From the NCBI GenBank assembly GCA_030684515.1, contig JAUXVJ010000024.1, forward strand, positions 39,663 through 103,662: 64,000 nucleotides of DNA, in the 5' to 3' direction. The notes under the pieces were generated by a model. The model did not search any database. It had not been told where the DNA came from and was given only the letters and a program-made list of their open reading frames with translations. This document shows, piece by piece, positions 13,331 through 19,289 of the stretch (its first letter is position 1; each line of letters opens with the position of its first letter). The position numbers and the translations under genes were made by a program. The DNA is from Actinomycetota bacterium (lineage in GTDB: Bacteria; Actinomycetota; Actinomycetes; S36-B12).

Positions 13331-13561
13331 CTAGCCCTTGGACGACTTTGGATCTCGGCTCTTTGGATAGGTATTGCGCTCACCAATGGTGCCGTCCATC
13401 TTCTTGATGACGTGCTCCACACCGCGCTCCTGCGCCATTTCACGACCTCTTGCTTGTGCATCAGCCTTAGTTTGGGCGGTATTTGATGCCCGTTCGTTCC
13501 CTTGCGGGCGGTTCTTCCATTGACCGTCTTCGTGGTAAGTCTCGATGTCACCCTTTGCCAT
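13331..13561 (-). CDS. DUF2188-domain protein
   Basis: 76 aa. Pattern MAKGDI..Y..DGQW....G..RAS....TKA.A.A.GREMA.ERGVEH.I...DGTI...NTY is typical of DUF2188. Confidence 0.6.
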   Translation of the reverse strand: MAKGDIETYHEDGQWKNRPQGNERASNTAQTKADAQARGREMAQERGVEHVIKKMDGTIGERNTYPKSRDPKSSKG

Positions 13562-13652
13562 GACTCCCCCTAGGAATGTTGGAACATTGACTTTTTAAGG
13601 TTAGTCGAACGTGTGTTCGAAGTGGAGGCGACACGCCAGTTGGACTGAGAAA

Positions 13653-14123
13653 TCAGTCGTCCTCACGAAATTCATGCTCCTGAACGATCCTCAGGATTTC
13701 GCCCAAGTCATCATGCAGGTAGGAATTTTCAGATATGGCGACATTCTCCCAAGACATCTCATCCTCCAGCGTGCGCAAATCCTTGAGGGTCGGCAGTGCA
13801 GGCATTCCCTTATTTGTGAAGAAGTGCGGTTCTGACCCTCCGATTCGCTCGTGAGGTGGAGCATTGAAGAGTTCCGTTAGCGACTCAAACTCCGTATCGC
13901 AATCTATGTCGAGTAAGCAGAGAAGGTCTTTCCAAGTCAGCCCAAGTGTGGTCTCGCCTTTGTCCGTTAATACCGCAAAGCGTTCAGAACTCACGTAAGC
14001 CAAGGGAAGTCCGAAGTCGTAAACCCTGAAGAATTCTGCCCAATTTGGGTCCGTCGTCTCCTTGTAGGTGGACCACAGGTTGCCAAGAATATGGTTGCTG
14101 ACTTTCTTGCGCGTTGCCGTCAT
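13653..14123 (-). CDS. Hypothetical acidic cytoplasmic protein
   Basis: 156 aa. No recognisable motif. Same strand and spacing as its neighbours. Confidence 0.5.
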   Translation of the reverse strand: MTATRKKVSNHILGNLWSTYKETTDPNWAEFFRVYDFGLPLAYVSSERFAVLTDKGETTLGLTWKDLLCLLDIDCDTEFESLTELFNAPPHERIGGSEPHFFTNKGMPALPTLKDLRTLEDEMSWENVAISENSYLHDDLGEILRIVQEHEFREDD

Positions 14124-14186
14124 CTAGTGGCCCTTGCCTTTTGACTGACCAAGACTTCTGAGAATTGGAATAGCCAATTCAACCTC

Positions 14187-14591
14187 TCAAGTCGCAGGAG
14201 TCTCGACTTCAAGAAATTCGCCACAATGCTTGCATTTCTTGGCTACCGCCAGAATTTGTTCGCCGCAAAATGGGCATTTTTTGTCAGGACTGTTCAGAAC
14301 CAATGAAGGCAACTGATTTGGGGCAAGAGTTGCCAGTCGAGGATCAGGAAGATTGGTGGCTACTTGAGCGGTGTGGACTCCTGCATTGGTATTGCCCTGC
14401 GGCCCCATGATTGCTACTACAACTGCGGCCGGAATGATGAAGAAGAATGCGATCCAGAACCAAGCTCGGTAACTCCTCCCCTTCTTCTCCGCTGCCCTGG
14501 CCACCATCTGTATCAGTTTGATGTAGCCCCAAATTAGAAGCACTGTGATGACAATTCCGATGACAATGCCTATGAAACCTGCTGCGTTCAC
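14187..14591 (-). CDS. Membrane protein with C-terminal zinc ribbon
   Basis: 134 aa with a GTG start. Two N-terminal TM helices, then CPFCG-x13-CKHCG. Confidence 0.55.
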   Translation of the reverse strand: MNAAGFIGIVIGIVITVLLIWGYIKLIQMVARAAEKKGRSYRAWFWIAFFFIIPAAVVVAIMGPQGNTNAGVHTAQVATNLPDPRLATLAPNQLPSLVLNSPDKKCPFCGEQILAVAKKCKHCGEFLEVETPAT

Positions 14592-14622
14592 GTCTCCCCC
14601 AATGCAACCATTTCAAAGCAGT

Positions 14623-14663
14623 GTAGGAACGTTACTACAGACTTTTCGTAGGAGTGTTCCTAC
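14623..14663. promoter_or_regulatory. Candidate XRE operator (GTAGGA half-sites)
   Basis: GTAGGAAC (14623-14630) and GTAGGAgtgtTCCTAC (14648-14663), in the 81-bp divergent spacer between the zinc-ribbon gene and the XRE gene. Confidence 0.5.
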
Positions 14664-14672
14664 CTTGCATGT

Positions 14673-14903
14673 GTGTCATATGAGCCGACAGATGCCGCCA
14701 TCGCGGGGCGTGCTGTGCTTGGCTCAAGGTTGCGATCGCATCGTGAATCAAAAGGTATGACTCAAGAACGATTAGCCCTAGACGCTGGCCTTGATCGCTC
14801 ATTTCTCGTTGACGTTGAGGCTGGTCATCACTCTCTGATGCTTGATCGAGTATTTGACTTGGCACACGCACTAGGTGTCAGTGCTGCCGATCTCGTTAAG
14901 TAA
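14673..14903 (+). CDS. XRE-family helix-turn-helix transcriptional regulator
   Basis: 76 aa with a GTG start. LRSHRESKGMTQERLALDAGLDRSFLVDVEAGHHSLMLDRVFDLAHALGVS is a Cro/C1-type HTH. Confidence 0.8.
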   Translation: MSYEPTDAAIAGRAVLGSRLRSHRESKGMTQERLALDAGLDRSFLVDVEAGHHSLMLDRVFDLAHALGVSAADLVK

Positions 14904-15304
14904 CCCCTACGGCATCAAAGTTTAGAAATTTTCAGGGAGTATTCATACGTATTCCTAGCCATATCAGGCTCCTAGATAGTGCGGCCTTTATTTTGTGAAC
15001 GGATTTACGGGGATCACAATTAGTCAGATCTGACGTTTCCCAAAGCCATCACAGTCACATTTACGCCTACCCGGGATGCAGGTAGGAAGTGATCTCAAGG
15101 GGGATTATGTGGAAGTGGCTTATACGACCGTTGTCTTTAAGTACCCCCGCCTTTGGCGGGATGCTCACTGCGTTCGCATTAATGAAGGATTTTCCTAGTC
15201 AGAAGGAAGGGGGCCCTTTTCTCTGATCATCAAAGAATCAAATTCTGCCGACCGTAGGGAGGCTCACCATGAGCGTCAGCGAATGGTGACTTGCTACATA
15301 TAAG

Positions 15305-15579
15305 TAGAAAAATTGTAGGTACTAGATGCAGTTGTTGGAAAAGACCTAGTACCTACAAGACTGTAAAGGATTTAGACATAGTTTAGGTTTAGTCCAATGG
15401 AACAACACAATTTAAGACTTAGTCACAGAAGTGAATGGAAATCCCAAGATCATCGTTTGTACTCGACTTACGCAGACCCGTGGTGGCAACTTTCACTTGC
15501 GACCCGTACTCCTAGCCCCTTGCTTAAACATTCCAACAACTGCATGCGCATCGCAGCAAAACCATTGCTACTAAAGCCA
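15305..15579 (-). ncRNA. Candidate structured 3' UTR / ncRNA ending in an intrinsic terminator
   Basis: No ORF of 60 aa or more. Contains a perfect 15-nt long-range complementarity (15531-15545 against 15326-15340), a 13-bp terminator hairpin and several local hairpins. Confidence 0.3.
15308..15358 (-). terminator. Rho-independent terminator (minus strand)
   Basis: Perfect 13-bp stem TTGTAGGTACTAG / CTAGTACCTACAA with a 20-nt loop, followed on the minus strand by TTTTT (15312-15308). Confidence 0.6.
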
Positions 15580-15768
15580 TTATACAGGAATTTGAGACAA
15601 AATGTCTGGGCCCAATTCTTGGTTCATGGCTGTCGCGGGGTACTCGAAAGCGTGTCTCTCAACTGCCTCAAGAATGGGTTCGCTTCTCATTAGTGCTTGC
15701 CATCTTGACTCGTGGATCTCTTCTTGAATTGCTAGGAATATTGCTTCCTCGTTTGAAATGGGCTTCAT
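15580..15768 (-). CDS. Small hypothetical protein (62 aa), downstream of the TIR-like gene
   Basis: ORF with helical-looking composition and a weak SD. Preceded by a sigma70-like promoter. Coding status uncertain. Confidence 0.35.
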   Translation of the reverse strand: MKPISNEEAIFLAIQEEIHESRWQALMRSEPILEAVERHAFEYPATAMNQELGPDILSQIPV

Positions 15769-15916
15769 TCACATACCTGACTTCTATCCTTTAGGTCCCT
15801 TCCTAAAGCGACATAACCAAGGGAGACCACGATCTATTGCTGCTCGTAGATTGATTCTCTGAGGAGTGAGGCTACAACGCTCTGAACACTCAGATATCGG
15901 TCAATTCGCTAGTCGA

Positions 15917-15945
15917 ATTATAGCAGAAATATTGTGCACTCACAA
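15917..15945 (-). promoter_or_regulatory. Sigma70-like promoter on the minus strand
   Basis: Minus strand reads TTGTGA - 17 nt - TATAAT (+ strand tcacaa 15940-15945, attata 15917-15922). Confidence 0.4.
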
Positions 15946-15996
15946 TGCCCAGAACACAAGAAAGACCTTTGTTTGCAAGGACTTTCTCCGCCTTCA

Positions 15997-16869
15997 TTAC
16001 ACAATCTTGCTTAGATCGACGTGGATGGTCGCGGCAGCCAATTCCTTCGCAAGTAGGAGTTTCCATACGCCTTCGGAGTCAAGCCCGACGTAGACGATTC
16101 CATCAACATCTGAGGGCTTTTCGATTCCATCATCAAGAAGCACGACAACTCTGGAACGTCCCAAAGCAGCGAAGAAGAAGCCCATTTCGAATACCACGTT
16201 CTGGCGACCGCGAAGCATGAGATCGGAGTCAGTTCCCTTGTGTCGGCCCTCGTCATCAGCAGTCAGAATCACGACTGCAAAGGCCGCTGATCCAGCATGA
16301 TCTTCGAACTTCTCGATCAAAGTTCGACCACGATTGGGCTGTTCATGCAATATCACGACCTCGCGGCCTGTCGCTTGCTCCAGCATTCGAGCAACCTCGA
16401 CCTTGCGCACATCGTCCGAGCCGTGCACTAGAAAGATGGAGCCATCCATCGGGCGCTCAATGGATGTATCCTGCGGTGGATCGAGGGATTCTTTCTCCCA
16501 AAGTGGGAGTCTGTCCGCAATCGACGTCAGTTGCCTGAGGTAGTCGTCAATTTCGCTCCGAAGATCATCGACTCGCTGATTGACCGTTAGTGGCTCTCCG
16601 AAACCCCCTATCGAGAAGTGGGTTCGATACAACTCTGCGCTATTGATGCCTAGCAACTTGGAGATCAATGCTCCATTGAATTCGTGCCATGTCTGGACTT
16701 CATTCTCCAAACGGTCGAGCACAACGCTATTCATCCTTGACGACAACTGACTCTTCAATTGCTCGCCCTTGAGTTTCTGGGCGTCAATTTTTGTCTTCGC
16801 GGATTCAAGCGATCCAATAAGAATGGGGCTCCTAGGTTCATCACTCTTTGAGACAGCCCTCTTAGCCAT
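15997..16869 (-). CDS. TIR-like domain protein (CAP12/Pycsar-effector-type TIR, COG4271) with an N-terminal coiled-coil domain of unknown function
   Basis: 290 aa. The C-terminal ~150 aa read IFLVHGSDD..VEVARMLEQ..GREVVILHEQPNRGRTLIEKFEDH...AFAVVILTADDEG...RGRQNVVFEMGFFFAALGRSRVVVLLDDGIEKPSDVDGIVYV, matching the family pattern including the FE(L/M)G glutamate. No sensor domain or cyclase was recognised. Confidence 0.75.
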   Translation of the reverse strand: MAKRAVSKSDEPRSPILIGSLESAKTKIDAQKLKGEQLKSQLSSRMNSVVLDRLENEVQTWHEFNGALISKLLGINSAELYRTHFSIGGFGEPLTVNQRVDDLRSEIDDYLRQLTSIADRLPLWEKESLDPPQDTSIERPMDGSIFLVHGSDDVRKVEVARMLEQATGREVVILHEQPNRGRTLIEKFEDHAGSAAFAVVILTADDEGRHKGTDSDLMLRGRQNVVFEMGFFFAALGRSRVVVLLDDGIEKPSDVDGIVYVGLDSEGVWKLLLAKELAAATIHVDLSKIV

Positions 16870-16963
16870 CCATGGATCTTGTCAGACCGGATGCACTGTC
16901 ACAGATTTGGACGCCGTGTTGCGGCATGTCTATTTGGGGCTGCTCAATTCAATCGAGCCAGTC

Positions 16964-17170
16964 TCATGCAACCGATTTCATTCGCCTCTTGGCCATCTGT
17001 ATCTTCTTGATGGCCTTTTCGACCTCATCAAGATCCTGACCAGATAGACGAATCTGTAAGTGGCTATCCCCACTTCCCAAATTGAGAATGACAAATAGGT
17101 CAGAGTCCGTGGTCACTCGGCATTGTGTCCAGTTTCGTGTTGCGGTTGCTATTTCTACGTGTGCCCTCAT
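16964..17170 (-). CDS. Small hypothetical protein (68 aa), upstream of the TIR-like gene
   Basis: ATG preceded by AAGGGA. Same strand, 94 nt upstream of the TIR-like gene. No recognisable motif. Confidence 0.4.
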   Translation of the reverse strand: MRAHVEIATATRNWTQCRVTTDSDLFVILNLGSGDSHLQIRLSGQDLDEVEKAIKKIQMAKRRMKSVA

Positions 17171-17209
17171 ACGTCATTTCCCTTGGTATATAAGGCAAAT
17201 GGTCCCTAC

Positions 17210-17232
17210 TAATGTGCATTATCGGCGGTTAG
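17210..17232. repeat. Right direct repeat (attR-like) of the 5.1-kb insertion
   Basis: TAATGTGCATTATCGGCGGTTAG. Differs from the left copy by one extra G. Confidence 0.7.
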
Positions 17233-17262
17233 TTATCAGCCATTCACGCATAGAGACACACC

Positions 17263-18117
17263 TCAGGCTGCCAAGGAACGGTGAATCACGATGTCGCCAC
17301 CACCGGTGCGGGCACGAACTTCAATCTGGGGCTCGGCATTGCCGGGCTGGCTTGCGGACTCAAGGCTGTTGCGCACAAGGCCATAGTGGGCCAGGACGTC
17401 CAGCCAAGCGGCCGTACCTTCGCGAATACCGATATCCACAGAGCCGGCTGCTGTGCGGATATTCGCCGAACCGGCAGACAGTTCAGCGATCCGGATACTT
17501 CCGGCGGCCGAGCCCGCAGTGAGACTTCCATAGGACTGCCCAATTGCGACGTCACCTGACGCTGTGCGGATGTGGGCGCCCTGCTCCAGAACGCCCAAGT
17601 CGATTGGTCCATTGGAGTTCCGGATGACTGCCGAGCCCTTGATCCTGCCCAGACGAATCACGCCGGTCCCCGTGGAGACCTTTGCGTCTCCGACGATGTG
17701 ATCTGCGAACACATCACCCATACCGGACTTCACGATGAGTGAGCCGACATGATCAATGCGAACCTCGCCCATCCCAGTTCTGATCTCAGTGCCAGTGAGT
17801 TGGCCCTCGCAATGCACGGCGCCCATTCCAGTGACGGCTTTGAGCGAGGATCCACTTGGCAGTTGGATCTCCACGATGAGCGCCCCATCGTTCTTGCTGG
17901 TGAATCGGCGCCAAGTCTTGACGGCGCGCACTGTCAATGCCGAACCGGCATATTCGACGGTCGCGTCCCTAGCGGCCTGCACATCCGCAGGCCGAGATTC
18001 GTCTCGGGGATGAACCAGGACCACGGTGTCGAATCGATCGCTGGCTGTGATGGTGATGTCCCCCATTCCTACTTCAATGTTTGCAGAGATCGGATTGGGT
18101 GTCTGGAATGTTGGCAT
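17263..18117 (-). CDS. DUF4097-family beta-strand-repeat protein (putative adhesin-like)
   Basis: 284 aa from ATG 18117 (MPTFQTPNPI) with a GGAAGAGG SD. Repeated G(D/E)(V/I).(I/V) beta-repeat units. Confidence 0.75.
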   Translation of the reverse strand: MPTFQTPNPISANIEVGMGDITITASDRFDTVVLVHPRDESRPADVQAARDATVEYAGSALTVRAVKTWRRFTSKNDGALIVEIQLPSGSSLKAVTGMGAVHCEGQLTGTEIRTGMGEVRIDHVGSLIVKSGMGDVFADHIVGDAKVSTGTGVIRLGRIKGSAVIRNSNGPIDLGVLEQGAHIRTASGDVAIGQSYGSLTAGSAAGSIRIAELSAGSANIRTAAGSVDIGIREGTAAWLDVLAHYGLVRNSLESASQPGNAEPQIEVRARTGGGDIVIHRSLAA

Positions 18118-18152
18118 GCTGCTACCTCTTCCTGGATGTTGATGGTGGGCCA

Positions 18153-18659
18153 CTAGCGGACCCATCCGGTGAAGGACTGTCCGGAACTTGCCGGCGCTAT
18201 CGCTGGGCGAGGTGACCCGCTGCTTGCATTTGTGATCACTCGAACAAGCCAGGCGTTGACCGAAAGGGTCTCGCGGCCGGCTGCCTCCTCAATGCGCTGC
18301 TTGAGCTGTTCAGACAGCCGCAGAGTCACGCGCGCTGGAGTGCCGTCCTCGCTGTCACCTGCCAGAGCCATTTCGCCGGCGGCAGATTCAGAATGTGGAG
18401 ACCACGATTGGGCAGGAGCCGGCACCATCACGGTGAACTCGGGCTCGCGGCCCCGCAATCGCACCTCAACGGAACCTGGCGCCAGATCGATCGTGATCTC
18501 CTGAGCCGCCGCGCTCAGCACCTCCAGCAGCATCAGATGAACGGCCGAATCAATACCGGCGGTCATTCGTTCAGCAACAGCCCGGCCGTCAGGCCCGCTG
18601 AGTTCTGCTGAGGTCAGCAGCTGATCCCGAAGCTCGTCTATGAAGGGTTGAAGATGCAT
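18153..18659 (-). CDS. Hypothetical protein with C-terminal ribbon-helix-helix (Arc/HicB-like) motif
   Basis: 168 aa. C-terminal ARVTLRLSEQLKQRIEEAAGRETLSVNAWLVRVI. Forms an operon with the DUF4097 gene. Confidence 0.6.
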   Translation of the reverse strand: MHLQPFIDELRDQLLTSAELSGPDGRAVAERMTAGIDSAVHLMLLEVLSAAAQEITIDLAPGSVEVRLRGREPEFTVMVPAPAQSWSPHSESAAGEMALAGDSEDGTPARVTLRLSEQLKQRIEEAAGRETLSVNAWLVRVITNASSGSPRPAIAPASSGQSFTGWVR

Positions 18660-18665
18660 GACGTC

Positions 18666-18695
18666 ATTATGACACTATAGTGATGTCATTGTCAA
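18666..18695 (-). promoter_or_regulatory. Promoter for a probably leaderless RHH-DUF4097 mRNA
   Basis: Minus strand reads TTGACA - 18 nt - CATAAT - 6 nt - ATG. Flanked by two TGACGTCA palindromes (18659-18666, 18702-18709) and CACTATAGTG (18673-18682). Confidence 0.45.
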
Positions 18696-18858
18696 CAACA
18701 TTGACGTCACTCCCCCTGTGATATCTCCAATAAGGAGTCTCCATTGGATTCCCTGAGCCTGCAGTCCACGCATCATGGCCTGGGAATGTGCAGCGGCCAG
18801 GCTGCGCGAGCGCGCCCGTGCTGGGTGCAGGATTCTTCTCTTGCGCAGGAGGTCATTG

Positions 18859-19275
18859 CTAGGACTTGGCTCGCACTCGGTTGTTGCGGGGATTGTGCTC
18901 GAGCTCGACTAGCCCCAACTCCTCGAGCAAGGGTGGCAAGTACATGCCAAAGCGACCGCGATAGCCCTTGCGCAATCCATACCAGCCGCCCACTGGATTG
19001 TCGGCTGATCGACCCCACGCCTCAACTGTTCCCTCTGCAGCCTCCTTGTTCTCGTCGGCCGCACCCAAGGCGATCCAATCGCCATGTGCAAGCAGCATCG
19101 CGTGCAGATCCGCAATTGCGCTCGCCTGGTACTTCAAGGTTGTCGATCCGACCACGCACACCAGTTCGGCAGGGTCAACTGAGTCGTCGCGGTACATCGT
19201 GTAGGCAGAAGATCCAGGCGCGGTCGTCAGCTGCCAAGGATCCTGCGCAGTGCCTGTTCCCGTCACGGTGCACAC
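18859..19275 (-). CDS. Conserved actinobacterial hypothetical protein
   Basis: 138 aa. Conserved-looking blocks DPWQLTTAPGSS.YTMYRD and WGRSADNPVGGWYGLRKGYRGRFGMYLPPLLEELGL. Confidence 0.6.
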   Translation of the reverse strand: MCTVTGTGTAQDPWQLTTAPGSSAYTMYRDDSVDPAELVCVVGSTTLKYQASAIADLHAMLLAHGDWIALGAADENKEAAEGTVEAWGRSADNPVGGWYGLRKGYRGRFGMYLPPLLEELGLVELEHNPRNNRVRAKS

Positions 19276-19289
19276 CTCTCCGCAAGGAT

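Larger units (their letters stand above)
12111..17209. mobile_element. Genomic island / decayed integrative element (no recombinase), candidate defence island
   Basis: Bracketed by an 18/22-bp direct repeat. AT-richer than the flanks (sampled lines 35-47 % GC against 63-67 %). CTAG-rich. Only orphan genes, an XRE regulator and a TIR-like effector. Inserted between two convergent core genes. Confidence 0.6.

Noticed and set aside
15107-15226. 39-aa hydrophobic small ORF (MWKWLIRPLSLSTPAFGGMLTAFALMKDFPSQKEGGPFL) as a type I toxin
   Set aside because: The SD-like AAGGGGGA lies only 2-3 nt from the ATG. There is no supporting promoter or antisense partner that I can define. It is kept only as a possibility.
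14904-15259. 8-bp long-range complementarity CCCTACGG / CCGTAGGG enclosing the ORF-free region
   Set aside because: About one such 8-mer pair is expected by chance in a 400-nt stretch, so it is not significant by itself.
15326-15545. The 15-bp perfect inverted repeats as termini of a 220-bp MITE
   Set aside because: One repeat lies inside the loop of the 13-bp terminator hairpin, so one stem arm would fall inside the putative element and the other outside it. I found no target-site duplication and no second copy in the window.
15397-15693. 98-aa plus-strand ORF overlapping the 62-aa minus-strand ORF
   Set aside because: It has an odd composition (many Leu/Arg/Ser/His, no motif) and no SD, and it runs through the structured region. 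It is most likely fortuitous.
14904-15996. Retron (msr/msd) or other RT-associated ncRNA
   Set aside because: No reverse transcriptase ORF or fragment is visible on either strand anywhere in the island. The flanking a1/a2-type repeat plus branching-G context was not recognisable.
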